Shown here: positions 9,000-19,836 of the stretch, piece by piece
How positions within the stretch are numbered: position 1 is the first letter of the stretch
How the letters are laid out: every line of letters begins with the position of its first letter
DNA from: a virus
DNA: 64,000 bases
Direction: 5' to 3' (one strand)
IMG/VR virus record: IMGVR_UViG_3300034024_000020
Coordinates: 51,704 to 115,703 of that record
The notes under the pieces: generated by a model
Databases searched by the model: none
The model's input: only the letters and a program-made list of their open reading frames with translations
What the model was told of the DNA's origin: nothing
Translations under genes and position numbers: made by a program

Positions 9000-11349
9000 A
9001 GTAGCCTTAGTAGAGACCAAGCCGTCTCGTACTAACTTCAATGACGCGTTTGAAAGCGCATTTGAATTCGATAGATATCAATTATGCTCTAATCCGGCTA
9101 TTAAGAAGCCGCTTAAAAAAGATGTTGATATTGACATCAATGTAGATGACTATGACTGGATCATCCTAGTAGGTGCTGATTCTTTCAAATATTTCACGGG
9201 AAAGACATCTATATCTGATTTCTCTGGCAAGCCTGTCAACGAGAAATATATACCTATTATCAATCCTGCCATGCTAACTTTCAAGCCAGAAGCTGAGAGA
9301 TTATGGCAGGAATCCAAGACTTCCCTAATTAGATACATAACCGGTAATGCAAAGGTAGTAAGTTATAACAGTGACAAAATCTACGGTATCACTGAGGAGC
9401 AGCAAGCCCTTGAATATATTCAAGCTGCGATACTCGCGCCCTCAAAATATGTCGCCCTCGACTCCGAAGCTTCCGCTCTATATGCGCGCGACGGTCACGT
9501 TCTTGGGATTAGTCTTTGCTATGAGCGGGATCATGGCGTATACATTAGCGCCGACTGCATCACGCCAGAAGTAGAAGAGAAACTACAAGAGCTATTTAAC
9601 AAGAAGATTGTAATCTTCCACAATGCTAAATTCGATATCGGATTCTTCTGGTATCATTTTGGGTGGCAGTTCCCTAGATTTGAAGATACTATGCTTCTGC
9701 ATTATTGCATCGAAGAGAATCCAGGCAACCACGGATTGAAGCAGCTTGCTCTAAAGTACACAGTCTACGGGGACTACGAAGCTGGTTTAGAAGAGTTCAA
9801 GGCAGAATATTGCAAGAAGAATGGGGTTAAAAAGGATGACTTTACGTACGATCTTATTCCTTTTGATATCATGTTCCCTTATGCAGCAATCGACTCTATT
9901 GTCACGTTCCTGCTCTTCTTAAAGCTGAAAGCAGCTGTTACGAAGAATCCAAAACTACATTGGGTATATGAGAATATTCTAATTCCAGGTAGTGATCTTC
10001 TTACTGAAATTCAAGATAACGGAGTACCATTTGATCGTAATCGCCTAGAAAAGGCGTCGATTATGATGCAGACCGATATTGATAATGCTGTAGCTCAGTT
10101 GTATGAGCACCCAGTAATTCGTGAATTTGAAGAAGCTCAAGGAAAGACTTTCAACCCGGGTAGCACGCAACAGCTGCGTAAGTTGCTATTTGATTTCGTT
10201 GGATTAACTCCAACAGGTAAAAAGACAGGCACAGGAGCAGCGTCAACGGACGCGGAAGTGCTAGAGGAATTGAGTGAATATAGTGAAATTCCTAAACTCA
10301 TCCTTAATATCCGAAAAAAGTCAAAAATTAAGAATACGTACCTTGACAAAATCATACCTCAGCTTGACGCTGACGGTCGTCTCCGTACTGGTTTTAATCT
10401 TCATAGCACTACTAGCGGAAGGCTTTCATCCTCTGGCAAGCTCAACATGCAGCAGTTGCCAAGAGACAATCCTGCCGTAAAGGGTTGTATTAAAGCTCGT
10501 CCAGGATACAAGATTGTATCTATGGATTTGACCACCGCGGAGGTTTATGTAGCCGCGGTTCTCTCAGGCGATAAAAAGCTGCAAGAGGTTTTCAAGTCGG
10601 GACAGGATTTCCACTCTACTATTGCTAAAATGGTCTTTAAGCTAGATTGTAGGGTAGAGGATGTTAAGAAACTTTATCCTCATCTAAGACAAGGGGCTAA
10701 ATCTACTACCTTCGGTATTCTTTATCAGGCTGGAGCTATTACAGTAGCTAATCAGATTAGGAAAGAATCTGGTGTTTATTGTAGTGTGTCTCAAGCACAG
10801 AGATATATCGACGATTACTTCAAGGAATTCAAGCAGCTTCACAAGTGGATCGAAGCACAAAAGGACTTTATTGCAACCAACGGTTTCATTTATAGTCATT
10901 TTGGTAGAAAGCGCAGACTTCCAAATGTTAAATCATCTGATAAGGGTATTAAGGCTCACACCATTCGATCTGGTGTTAACTTCCTAGTTCAGTCTCCTGC
11001 ATCGGACATTAACTTGTTCGCAGCTATTGAAATGAGACACTTCATCAACAAGAATAAGATGAAAAGTCTCATATTCGCACTGGTTCACGACTCTATTCTA
11101 GCAGAGGTTCCGGAAGATGAAATTGATTTCTATACCGAAACTCTCCGAGGTTTCGTGCAGGCAGACCGCGGACTTTCAATCCCAGGTTATCCGATTGGAT
11201 GTGACTTCGAAGTGGGAGATGACTACAGCTTTAATGCCAAACATGATGATTATCCAAATGAAACCAAATATCAGGTCTACGAACGAGGATGGGATTCTAA
11301 GCTGCCACAGCTAATGGATAGTTTAGTAAAGCTATGCAAGACGAATTAA
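8992..11349 (+). CDS. pol: family A DNA polymerase with 3'-5' exonuclease (T5 type)
   Basis: Exo motifs DSE, HNAKFD, YAAID; motifs A DLTTAEV, B RQGAKSTTFGILY, C VHDS. Confidence 0.97.
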   Translation: MAKVALVETKPSRTNFNDAFESAFEFDRYQLCSNPAIKKPLKKDVDIDINVDDYDWIILVGADSFKYFTGKTSISDFSGKPVNEKYIPIINPAMLTFKPEAERLWQESKTSLIRYITGNAKVVSYNSDKIYGITEEQQALEYIQAAILAPSKYVALDSEASALYARDGHVLGISLCYERDHGVYISADCITPEVEEKLQELFNKKIVIFHNAKFDIGFFWYHFGWQFPRFEDTMLLHYCIEENPGNHGLKQLALKYTVYGDYEAGLEEFKAEYCKKNGVKKDDFTYDLIPFDIMFPYAAIDSIVTFLLFLKLKAAVTKNPKLHWVYENILIPGSDLLTEIQDNGVPFDRNRLEKASIMMQTDIDNAVAQLYEHPVIREFEEAQGKTFNPGSTQQLRKLLFDFVGLTPTGKKTGTGAASTDAEVLEELSEYSEIPKLILNIRKKSKIKNTYLDKIIPQLDADGRLRTGFNLHSTTSGRLSSSGKLNMQQLPRDNPAVKGCIKARPGYKIVSMDLTTAEVYVAAVLSGDKKLQEVFKSGQDFHSTIAKMVFKLDCRVEDVKKLYPHLRQGAKSTTFGILYQAGAITVANQIRKESGVYCSVSQAQRYIDDYFKEFKQLHKWIEAQKDFIATNGFIYSHFGRKRRLPNVKSSDKGIKAHTIRSGVNFLVQSPASDINLFAAIEMRHFINKNKMKSLIFALVHDSILAEVPEDEIDFYTETLRGFVQADRGLSIPGYPIGCDFEVGDDYSFNAKHDDYPNETKYQVYERGWDSKLPQLMDSLVKLCKTN

Positions 11350-11861
11350 GATGGCGGGAATATCGTAAAGAGTTCCCAATCAACACTGTTAAATCATGGG
11401 GTCAGTCTCTTATGGAGGCTGCCCCATGGACATACACAGGGTGGTCAGGGGCAGCCAAAGAACCTCTTAGACATTGGACAGCATTTCTAGGACATCACGA
11501 GCCTCTCGTAAATGAGATATGGACTGCCATTAATGAAACACTTAAGCATGATGGATTTTCTCTTTCACCATCTCGCATTATTGCTAATCTCTTTGCTCAT
11601 GGGGATAGTTCTTGGCTTCATACTGATTCGCTACTTGGGTCTGATTGGACCGTTATTATATACTTGAACGATTTTTGGGATTTGAATTGGGGTGGCGAAA
11701 CTGTTATTGTAGAGGATAACGAAATTGCACATTGTTGTGCTCCTACACCTGGTAAAGTATTTCTTTTCAAAAGTAATCTTCTGCATGGTCCTAGACCTGT
11801 ATCCAGAGAGGCGCCTTATTCTAGATTGGGCTTGACATTTCAATGTGCTAGTAACTCGTAA
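11334..11861 (+). CDS. 2OG-Fe(II) oxygenase (prolyl-4-hydroxylase-like)
   Basis: HTD, IYLN..W..WGGET, LHG, R.GLTF. Confidence 0.9.
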   Translation: MQDELRWREYRKEFPINTVKSWGQSLMEAAPWTYTGWSGAAKEPLRHWTAFLGHHEPLVNEIWTAINETLKHDGFSLSPSRIIANLFAHGDSSWLHTDSLLGSDWTVIIYLNDFWDLNWGGETVIVEDNEIAHCCAPTPGKVFLFKSNLLHGPRPVSREAPYSRLGLTFQCASNS

Positions 11862-12339
11862 AGACCTTCATAAGATCAATTTTCCTATCTATGTACTACC
11901 CTCTGATGATTGGTACATAACCGATGGAGTTTTGTTCGTCAACGAGAAGGTCCTAGATGAGAAGAACATGCCTGGAAAAACTCTAGGTGTAAGAAGAATG
12001 CAATGTGGTCGCAAAGATTTGCTTCCACTTAATAAAGCTATTTTAAGCATTCCTGATATGATTCAGTGTAAGACGAAAGTCTTTGTGGATTATAAAGGAA
12101 AGCCTTTCATCTACGAAAAAACCTATCGTAGTAAATTAAAGTGCTATAGGATTAAAAAAGTAGAAGGAAAGGATTCTGCTTCTTTATTGTGGGTACATGG
12201 GATATCTCATCCCTTTACATTAAAGAGGCCACCCTTTGGTGACCCAGAATATGTGCGGATTCTCCATTATGAGGGCGAGCCCTGGCTCATCTATGACTAT
12301 GTACGTATCTATACAAAGGATACTTACAGAAGAGTATAA
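11845..12339 (+). CDS. conserved T5-like hypothetical protein
   Basis: FPIYVLP..DG..LDEKNMPGKTLGVRR pattern, downstream of pol as in T5. Confidence 0.7.
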   Translation: MLVTRKDLHKINFPIYVLPSDDWYITDGVLFVNEKVLDEKNMPGKTLGVRRMQCGRKDLLPLNKAILSIPDMIQCKTKVFVDYKGKPFIYEKTYRSKLKCYRIKKVEGKDSASLLWVHGISHPFTLKRPPFGDPEYVRILHYEGEPWLIYDYVRIYTKDTYRRV

Positions 12340-12345
12340 GGATTA

Positions 12346-13050
12346 ATGAGCAACAAAAACAATAATAAATCTCCAAGAACAAACAATAAGGGTTCTGGTC
12401 TTGAACTTAGAAGAGACATTGTGCCTCTAACTAAAAATCAGGCTCGTATGTTTGATTCTAGCTCCGATCTCGTGGCAGATGGCTGCGCCGGAACAGGTAA
12501 AACTTTTGGTGCATCTTACATGGCCCTTAGGGACATCATGTATAACAAGCTTTATGATAAGCTTATCTATATCAGAAGTATAGTACCTACCAGAGATATT
12601 GGATTCCTAAAGGGCGACGATAAACAAAAGACAGAAGTATATCAAGATGCTTATGTTGATATTGCTCAGAAGCTTTTTGGTAGAGGAGATGCCTACGAAG
12701 TAGCAACTCGCAGAGACCTTATTCATTTTATGCCTACTTCGTTCTTAAGAGGTACAACCATTGATGACGCGGCTATCATCGTAGATGAGTGCCAGAATAT
12801 GAGTTATCATGAACTAGATACAGTTATTACTAGAATAGGTCAGAATTGCAGAGTATTCTTCTGTGGAGACGGCTTATATCAGTCTGATCTAGGAGGAAAA
12901 AGTGGAGTACAGCAGTTCTGGAAAGTACTCAAAACTATGGACGATTTTGATTATGTAACGTTTACTACAGACGACATTGTTCGTAGTGATAGAGTAAAAA
13001 GGTATATTATAGCAAGACATGCAGTACATGGTGATAAACAACTTTCTTAA
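12346..13050 (+). CDS. phoH: PhoH-like ATPase
   Basis: GCAGTGKT, IGFL.G, FLRG.T, DECQN, DIVRS. Confidence 0.95.
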   Translation: MSNKNNNKSPRTNNKGSGLELRRDIVPLTKNQARMFDSSSDLVADGCAGTGKTFGASYMALRDIMYNKLYDKLIYIRSIVPTRDIGFLKGDDKQKTEVYQDAYVDIAQKLFGRGDAYEVATRRDLIHFMPTSFLRGTTIDDAAIIVDECQNMSYHELDTVITRIGQNCRVFFCGDGLYQSDLGGKSGVQQFWKVLKTMDDFDYVTFTTDDIVRSDRVKRYIIARHAVHGDKQLS

Positions 13051-13624
13051 TGGAAGTTGGCTTGAAGCGGTCAGGTCCCACATACGTAAGTACGAGGGTA
13101 ACCTCTCACGTGAGGGTTACGACAATCATAAGACACTAAGGGATTCTTTAGATCCGCGGAATGCAGAAACGGCGCAGGTTCATGGCCGTAATGTACTGAC
13201 TACACTTTGGCAAAAATTCCTCTGGAATACAGAGGTAGAAGAAAGGATGTTAGAAACACAAGATGGGGCCTTCGTACACTCGTGTCACACCCGTTTTGGT
13301 AGAACTTTGTTGTCTAGCTATGGCAATAACGATGGCTACGGTCATCATATTGACATTGATCTCGATTGCATCGTTACTGCTGTCCTAATGCTAAAGTTGA
13401 CGGATTTCCCCACTTTCACCGGTGGGGATTTTCTTCTAGAAGATAAGGTAATACCTTTTGAAAACAACAAACTAATTATGTTCCCTTCATGTACTATGCA
13501 CGGTGTATCACCTGTAGAAATGACGGAACGCGACGTCTTTGAGAATAGAAGATTTAGTCTACAGTACTTCATCTCGTCTCTGACGCCGAGAACGAGATTT
13601 CCTGATGAAAGCAATGCTCAGTAA
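13019..13624 (+). CDS. second 2OG-Fe(II) oxygenase
   Basis: HID, FTGGDF, FPS..MHGVSPV, RFS. Confidence 0.88.
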   Translation: MQYMVINNFLNGSWLEAVRSHIRKYEGNLSREGYDNHKTLRDSLDPRNAETAQVHGRNVLTTLWQKFLWNTEVEERMLETQDGAFVHSCHTRFGRTLLSSYGNNDGYGHHIDIDLDCIVTAVLMLKLTDFPTFTGGDFLLEDKVIPFENNKLIMFPSCTMHGVSPVEMTERDVFENRRFSLQYFISSLTPRTRFPDESNAQ

Positions 13625-14879
13625 CAGGATTTATCTTGACGTTACGCCTGATCTAGCAAAACTTTTGAAGGCTGAACTAACGTATAAGATACCTAATCCT
13701 GGTAACCCCGACGAACCTATTATAATGCGGACGTACGGCGTTATTAGTGATAACGTAATGTCCTTACCTATCGGAAGAACGGATTTAATTCCTGATGATT
13801 ACCGAATTGTTGACAAGCGAATCCTTGCTCCCGCAGATTTCCCCGACTTTGATGGCACTTTACGAGACTCGCAGCAAGAGATTTGGGACCACATCGAAGA
13901 TAATTGTATTATCAACGCCAAAGTATCGTGGGGAAAAACTTTTGCAGCTTTGGCTATCGCAGGAAAACTAGGGCAAAAGACGCTTATTATAACTCACACT
14001 GTTCCTCTTAGAAACCAATGGGCGAAACAAATTGAAAAAGTTTACGGAATCTCTCCAGGAGTTATTGGCTCGTCTCGTTTTAATGTGGATGGCCCTATTG
14101 TTGTTGGGAATGTACAGTCTCTTTATGGCTGTATGGATCGTGTGGGCAAGCTTTTCGGGACAATCATTCTTGACGAAATGCATCACGTATCTGCTCCAAC
14201 TTTCTCAAAAGTTGTCGACAGAAGTTATGCTCGCTATAAAATTGGACTCAGCGGCACTATCAGAAGAAAAGACGGAAAACATGTCGTTTTCACCGATTAT
14301 TTCGGAACCAAAATTTATCAACCCCCAACAGAGAACTCTATGAAACCAAAAGTACACGTTATTAATACAGGAATTAGTCTTCCTGACGGTCAATCCTTGG
14401 GCTGGGCAGCTAAGATTACCATGCTACAAGAATCGATCATATATCGTGAATTAGTACGAAATCTAGCACAAAGATACGCTATAGTAGGCCATAAGGTCCT
14501 AGTAGTATCTGACAGAGTAGAATTTCTACAGACTTGCGCTAAGGCTAACGGTGGTGCTTGCATTACTGGGAAAAATCCTGACGAAAGAGAAAGACTCTTT
14601 AAGGAAATTGAAGAAGGCAAATACAGTGAAATTTGGGCTACTCAGTCCATTTTCTCAGAAGGAATGTCTTATGATCCTCTAAGTTGTCTAATCCTAGGTA
14701 CACCTGTCAACAACGAGCCTCTTTTAGAACAGCTAATTGGCCGTATTCAAAGAATCGTTAAAGACAAAGTACAACCTATTGTAGTCGATCTAAGACTTCG
14801 TGGGAACACTGCCGAAAAGCAATTCCAAGCTAGACTAGGTCACTATATCCGTCAAGGATACGAAGTAGAGTACATATAA
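13605..14879 (+). CDS. D10: SF2 helicase (T5 D10, UvsW-like)
   Basis: WGKT, DEMHH, GLSGT, QLIGRIQR. Confidence 0.93.
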   Translation: MKAMLSNRIYLDVTPDLAKLLKAELTYKIPNPGNPDEPIIMRTYGVISDNVMSLPIGRTDLIPDDYRIVDKRILAPADFPDFDGTLRDSQQEIWDHIEDNCIINAKVSWGKTFAALAIAGKLGQKTLIITHTVPLRNQWAKQIEKVYGISPGVIGSSRFNVDGPIVVGNVQSLYGCMDRVGKLFGTIILDEMHHVSAPTFSKVVDRSYARYKIGLSGTIRRKDGKHVVFTDYFGTKIYQPPTENSMKPKVHVINTGISLPDGQSLGWAAKITMLQESIIYRELVRNLAQRYAIVGHKVLVVSDRVEFLQTCAKANGGACITGKNPDERERLFKEIEEGKYSEIWATQSIFSEGMSYDPLSCLILGTPVNNEPLLEQLIGRIQRIVKDKVQPIVVDLRLRGNTAEKQFQARLGHYIRQGYEVEYI

Positions 14880-14887
14880 AATAGTTC

Positions 14888-14916
14888 TTGACAAATGCCC
14901 TCAACGGTGGTATAAT
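14888..14916 (+). promoter_or_regulatory. sigma70-type promoter
   Basis: AAAATAGTTC-TTGACA-17-TATAAT. Confidence 0.9.
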
Positions 14917-15310
14917 GCTTAGATACAGTTGGAAGAAGATACATCGTTTTACTGGCGGAAGCTCCAAAAGGATCGTTCACGTCATGGAAGCGCTTGTTCT
15001 TGACAGACCACCAAATAATTGGTATGATGTTAGGTACGAAGCGTATTACAAAGATTTCAGCGGGCAAAGCTTTCTCATTAACCCTTATACACTGGTTGCA
15101 GAAAGAAACCGTTGGAAATATAAGGAAGTCGCTCAATACGTAGCGTTGGCGAGTTTCCGAAGTTATGCGTATTATGCTACAACACAAGACAAAAGTCTAG
15201 ACCTTCTACACAGCCCTGTGGCGGAGGACATTATCAACCAAAATAGACTACTTAGCATAAAGGATGGCAGAGTCCATTTCCGATATGAAGAAGTCACTAG
15301 GAGAACATAG
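14915..15310 (+). CDS. conserved T5-like hypothetical protein
   Basis: WKKI..FSGQSFLINP..QYVALASFRSY, between D10 and D11 as in T5. Confidence 0.75.
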   Translation: MLRYSWKKIHRFTGGSSKRIVHVMEALVLDRPPNNWYDVRYEAYYKDFSGQSFLINPYTLVAERNRWKYKEVAQYVALASFRSYAYYATTQDKSLDLLHSPVAEDIINQNRLLSIKDGRVHFRYEEVTRRT

Positions 15311-15313
15311 AAT

Positions 15314-15943
15314 ATGAAATTTGCAGACTCAACAGGTGAAGCCCAGAAGAACCGCGCAGACGGTTATGAATTCAAGATGGGTGAGAATCGCCTTAGAATG
15401 GTCGGAGACCTTCTAGCGCGTTATGTTTACTGGATCAAGGGCGAAAACAACAAGAACATTCCTTTCGAATGTCTTGCGTTCGACCGTGTAGAGGAAAAGT
15501 TCACCAACATTGAGACCGATCACGTCAAGACTTTCTACCCAGATCAGAAGTGCAGTTGGGCTTACGCAGTCCAGGCTATTGATCTTGACAGCGGCAAGCT
15601 TGTTATCTTCAACCTGAAGAAGAAGCTTATGGGTCAGATTCTTGACAACATTAAGGAACTTGGTGACCCGACAGATCCTGATACCGGTTGGGATATTGTC
15701 TTCGAGAAGAAGAAGACCGGACCGCTTCCTATCAACGTCGAGTACAAGCTCAAGGAGCGTGCTCTTAAGAATCGTCCTCTAACAGACGAAGAGCGTCAGC
15801 TTATCGCTGAGCTTAAGAGCATGGATGAGGTGCTTCCGCGCCCAACTCCAGAACAGCAAAAGAAACTCCTCGAGAAGATTAACTCTGGTTCAAGTGAGAA
15901 CGTGGACGAGTCGGTAGGAGACGAGTTCAATGTAGAAGGATAA
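15314..15943 (+). CDS. D11: ssDNA-binding protein (T5 D11)
   Basis: RYVYW..PFECLAFDR..LKKKL..GDPTD..GWD; acidic tail. Confidence 0.88.
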   Translation: MKFADSTGEAQKNRADGYEFKMGENRLRMVGDLLARYVYWIKGENNKNIPFECLAFDRVEEKFTNIETDHVKTFYPDQKCSWAYAVQAIDLDSGKLVIFNLKKKLMGQILDNIKELGDPTDPDTGWDIVFEKKKTGPLPINVEYKLKERALKNRPLTDEERQLIAELKSMDEVLPRPTPEQQKKLLEKINSGSSENVDESVGDEFNVEG

Positions 15944-16512
15944 TGATTCACTACCTCTATTTAATCACAAGATTAGATGGTGAACGCTATGTGGGGGTCA
16001 CAAAAGACCCCCACAGACGCGGTTGGCAGCATAGGAATGGTTACGGAAGTTCGGAGCTAAAAGGCCAAGATTTTACTTTAGAAATCTTGGAAGAGGGAGA
16101 AGAATCCTTTATTTACTTACTAGAAGATGCTGCGATTAAAGCTTATAAATGTAGTTTGAACAAGGTAGTCGGAGGCAAGTTCGGCCATGGCTTACAAGGT
16201 ATTGCTAATGGTAGGGCTAAGCTTACAGAAGCCGATGTATACTTGATCAAATGTTTAGCTGCAAAAAAGATTCCTCAAAAAGAAATAGCCGAAAGATTCG
16301 GAGTAAGTAGACAAACTATAGGAGGTATAGCTACAGGTGCTAATTGGAAGCACGTGAAGGGCCCTATTACCTATGGTCGTTCTTGTGTGCCTGAAGAATT
16401 AAGGTGCCAATTAAAATACCTAAAAGAAAAAGGTATGAATGCCGCTGAAATAGCGAGACATACTGGATTAAAGTACACTACTGTTTACAGTCACGTACGG
16501 GAGATAGAATGA
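15943..16512 (+). CDS. free-standing GIY-YIG homing endonuclease with HTH domains
   Basis: YLYLIT..YVGVT..R..QH; two C-terminal HTH motifs. Confidence 0.85.
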   Translation: MIHYLYLITRLDGERYVGVTKDPHRRGWQHRNGYGSSELKGQDFTLEILEEGEESFIYLLEDAAIKAYKCSLNKVVGGKFGHGLQGIANGRAKLTEADVYLIKCLAAKKIPQKEIAERFGVSRQTIGGIATGANWKHVKGPITYGRSCVPEELRCQLKYLKEKGMNAAEIARHTGLKYTTVYSHVREIE

Positions 16513-17456
16513 TATTATTTACGGCGGATTTACATTTAAAACTAGGGCAAAAAAATGTACCTGTAGACTGGGCATTAAACCGTTATAGAATGTTTTTCAA
16601 ACAAATCTATAACATTGAAAAAGAATGTGACCTTCATATTATGGGAGGCGATATTTTTGACAAGCTTCCTAGTATGGAAGAATTGGAGTTATTCTTTGAA
16701 TTTGTTAGCGGAATGCAAATACGTACCTTAATGTACGCAGGAAACCATGAGGCAACAAAAAAAGGTAAAACCTTTCTTTCTAATCTTAAAACTGCTGTTA
16801 ATAAAATCAACCCCCTAGTTCATATCATTGATGAGATTTATGAGGAAGACAAGTTTAGTGTCGTGCCTTATGAGTTCATTAAGGTACCGGGGGTTTGGGA
16901 TAAGTTAGATAAGACTAAGCCTGTTTTCACCCATATTAGAGGAGAAATTCCTCCTCACGTAGTACCGGAGATAAACCTTGACCTTGTTGCTGATTTTCCT
17001 GTCGTTTACCTCGGCGATCTCCACAGCCATTCTAATTGCCAACGGAATCTCGTGTACCCAGGGTCACCTATGGTTACCTCGTTTCACAGATCACGTGTGG
17101 AAACTGGCTATATTATTATTGACGGAGATGATCTCACTAATTGGAGTTGGTATACTTTTGAGTTACCACAGTTAATTCGTAAGACCGTAAAAAATCCTGA
17201 AGAAATGGTTCCAGGTAACTATGATCACGTTATCTACGAATTAGAGGGAAATATCTCTGATTTGAGCAAAGTTGAGTCGTCCGACCTTCTGGACAAAAAG
17301 ATTACGCGACGAAAAACAGATACTGCGCTGTATTTAGACAGTAGTATGTCAATTTCTGATGAATTAGCCGAATATTTGACTTATATTCTAGAGCTTGAAG
17401 ATGCCCAAGTAAAAAAGGCAGTAGGAGTATTTAATGATTACGCCACTTCTGCTTGA
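16509..17456 (+). CDS. D12: SbcD/Mre11-like nuclease (T5 D12)
   Basis: DLH, GDIFD, GNHE, GDLH, YPGSP. Confidence 0.95.
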   Translation: MILFTADLHLKLGQKNVPVDWALNRYRMFFKQIYNIEKECDLHIMGGDIFDKLPSMEELELFFEFVSGMQIRTLMYAGNHEATKKGKTFLSNLKTAVNKINPLVHIIDEIYEEDKFSVVPYEFIKVPGVWDKLDKTKPVFTHIRGEIPPHVVPEINLDLVADFPVVYLGDLHSHSNCQRNLVYPGSPMVTSFHRSRVETGYIIIDGDDLTNWSWYTFELPQLIRKTVKNPEEMVPGNYDHVIYELEGNISDLSKVESSDLLDKKITRRKTDTALYLDSSMSISDELAEYLTYILELEDAQVKKAVGVFNDYATSA

Positions 17457-19233
17457 ATGGGATAACATGTTCAGCTATGGCGAGAGAAATCGCTTAGTAT
17501 TGAACGAAAACAGGGTTACACAGATTCTCGGAGTGAATGGCAATGGAAAATCCTCCATTCCACTCATTCTAGAAGAGGTGGTCTTCAATAAGAACTCAAA
17601 AGGCATTAAAAAGGGCTCAATTCCTAACCGATATATAGGGAAAGGGTATTGGGTTAGACTTACTTTCGACAAGGATGGCGACCGTTATGTCATTGAAGTT
17701 GATAGAAAGACCAATATCAAGGTAAAATTCAGCAAAAACGACGTAGATTTGTCTAGCCACACGGCTACAGAGACCTTTAAGAGCATTGAGCGGGTATGGG
17801 GTCTCGACCAGAAGACGTCATCACAGTTAATTTACCAAAATCCACATAACAGTCTCCAATTCCTCACAGCTACGGACACTAACAGGAAGAAGTTCTTAAT
17901 TGAGTTACTTCAATTAGAGGAATATGTGCAGCTTTTTGAGCTTTTCAAAGAGGCTGTAAAGGATCATGGAGCCGTAGTTAGTTCTATTGAAGCCCAAATT
18001 GGCACTGTTGAACGCTGGTTAAGTCAGAACAGGCTAGAAGATACGGAGCCTCTGGTTGCAAAAGCAGTAGATGTTGATGTTTACGCGGAAGAAAAACGTC
18101 ATGCCGAATTAAGCAGTGAACTTGGAAATATCAAAAAGAATAACAGTAAGATTTCCAAGAACAATCACTATAGAAATCTTCTAAAGCAGGTAGATATAGA
18201 AGCCATTCAATCTATAGAAGTCGAAGAACCTCGCTCTTATGACGAAGAGCAAAGTGAATTAGGCGGACTTCGTGCTCAACTTAAAGCACATGAAGCTCAT
18301 TACAATAAACTAGCTAAATTGGGGGATGTTTGTCCTACTTGTGAGCAAAGTATTGATCCTCACTCTAAGAAAAAGATGCTTGGTGAAGAAGAACGTACTG
18401 TTAAAAGTCTAAGTTTTAAGGTTCTAGAAATAGAGCAATTGATTGAAAAGATCAAGAAAAACAATCATGAGCATAAAGAAAAAGAAGATGCCATAAAGAA
18501 TTGGGAAGAATTACTAAGATCAGTAGATTCTAGCCTTCCAAGTGAACCTATTCACAAAGAAGATTTAGAGGCAGAACTTAGTAACCTATCAATTAGGATT
18601 TCTAATGCTAGGCAGAAACTGAAAGAGATTACTGAACATAACGAAAAGGTGGCAAGTCACAATTCTCGTATTCAAGTAATTTTAGAACAATCAGCTAAGT
18701 TTGAAAAAGAGCTAAAAGAGAGAAATGAGGAACTAGAAATTGAGAGAGATCATCTCTCTACTCTAGACCTTCTTAAGAAATCTTTCAGCACTAATGGTCT
18801 TGTTGCTTATAAGATCGAGAATCTAGTAAAAGATTTGGAAGATTTGACCAATGACTACCTCGCGGAACTCAGTGATGGAAGGTTTACGATTGATTTTAGC
18901 GTTGTTAGCGATAAGCTTAACGTCAATATTACTGATAACGGCTACACTATTGATATCGGTGAGCTTAGTACTGGGGAGCTTGGGCGGGTTAATACTGCTA
19001 CCCTTCTTGCTCTCAGAAAACTTATGTCCAGCATTTCTAAAAGCAAAATTAGCATCCTCTTCCTAGATGAGGTAATGAGCGTGCTAGACGATTCTGGTAA
19101 AGAAAAGTTAGTAGAGATTCTTCTAGAGGAAGATCTGTACACTTACGTTGTAAGTCATGGGTGGACTCATCCCTTACTTAATAAGCTAGAAATCGTCAAA
19201 GAGAATAATATCTCAAGGATTGAACCATCATGA
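17434..19233 (+). CDS. D13: SbcC/Rad50-like ATPase (T5 D13)
   Basis: GVNGNGKS, CPTC zinc hook, LSTGE, LFLDE. Confidence 0.95.
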   Translation: MITPLLLEWDNMFSYGERNRLVLNENRVTQILGVNGNGKSSIPLILEEVVFNKNSKGIKKGSIPNRYIGKGYWVRLTFDKDGDRYVIEVDRKTNIKVKFSKNDVDLSSHTATETFKSIERVWGLDQKTSSQLIYQNPHNSLQFLTATDTNRKKFLIELLQLEEYVQLFELFKEAVKDHGAVVSSIEAQIGTVERWLSQNRLEDTEPLVAKAVDVDVYAEEKRHAELSSELGNIKKNNSKISKNNHYRNLLKQVDIEAIQSIEVEEPRSYDEEQSELGGLRAQLKAHEAHYNKLAKLGDVCPTCEQSIDPHSKKKMLGEEERTVKSLSFKVLEIEQLIEKIKKNNHEHKEKEDAIKNWEELLRSVDSSLPSEPIHKEDLEAELSNLSIRISNARQKLKEITEHNEKVASHNSRIQVILEQSAKFEKELKERNEELEIERDHLSTLDLLKKSFSTNGLVAYKIENLVKDLEDLTNDYLAELSDGRFTIDFSVVSDKLNVNITDNGYTIDIGELSTGELGRVNTATLLALRKLMSSISKSKISILFLDEVMSVLDDSGKEKLVEILLEEDLYTYVVSHGWTHPLLNKLEIVKENNISRIEPS

Positions 19234-19406
19234 TTATGGATAGAGGAATAGACTATAACAAGCATTGCTTTGTGTACTGCGGGGATGACATGTGTAATTG
19301 CCAAGCCGGACCTAGAGGCCGACAATTATACTACGAAAGAGAACTTCGTAGACGGGGCCATAATCTAGAAATTTGGAACAAAGAATGGATACCGCCAGGT
19401 GGTTGA
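19230..19406 (+). CDS. small Cys-rich protein (58 aa, not in ORF track)
   Basis: ATGA coupling; HCFVYCGDDMCNC. Confidence 0.55.
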   Translation: MIMDRGIDYNKHCFVYCGDDMCNCQAGPRGRQLYYERELRRRGHNLEIWNKEWIPPGG

Positions 19407-19836
19407 TTCTAGAGCTAAAGGTCAGCGTGGTGAATACGCTGTTAGAGATTTACTGAGAAAGTACTCGGGGCTGGCATTCGAAAGAGTGCCAGCCTCTGGT
19501 GCCTTGAGCTACCTTAAAGGAGATCTTTATGTTCCTCAAGTCCAAAATCAACATTGTATTGAGGTAAAGAATTACAAAGACTCACACATTAACGACAAGA
19601 TTCTTACTAGTAAGACTAACAAAATCGTCGAATGGTGGAGTAAAATCGAACAACAAGCGTTCGATAACGACATGGAACCTCTCCTATTTGTAAAGTACGA
19701 CCGATCTAAGATCTTTGTCGTGTACGGAGAAAAACCAGCTAAGGTCAAAAATTATCTTTACATTTCCTCTCTAAACTGCTATATTATGTTAGCAGAAGAG
19801 TGGCTAAGCAAAGAGAAGATTAAATGGCTGAAATAA
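19399..19836 (+). CDS. D14: Holliday junction resolvase-like PD-(D/E)xK nuclease (T5 D14)
   Basis: SRAKG..GE..RVP.SGA..GD..IEVK. Confidence 0.9.
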   Translation: MVDSRAKGQRGEYAVRDLLRKYSGLAFERVPASGALSYLKGDLYVPQVQNQHCIEVKNYKDSHINDKILTSKTNKIVEWWSKIEQQAFDNDMEPLLFVKYDRSKIFVVYGEKPAKVKNYLYISSLNCYIMLAEEWLSKEKIKWLK

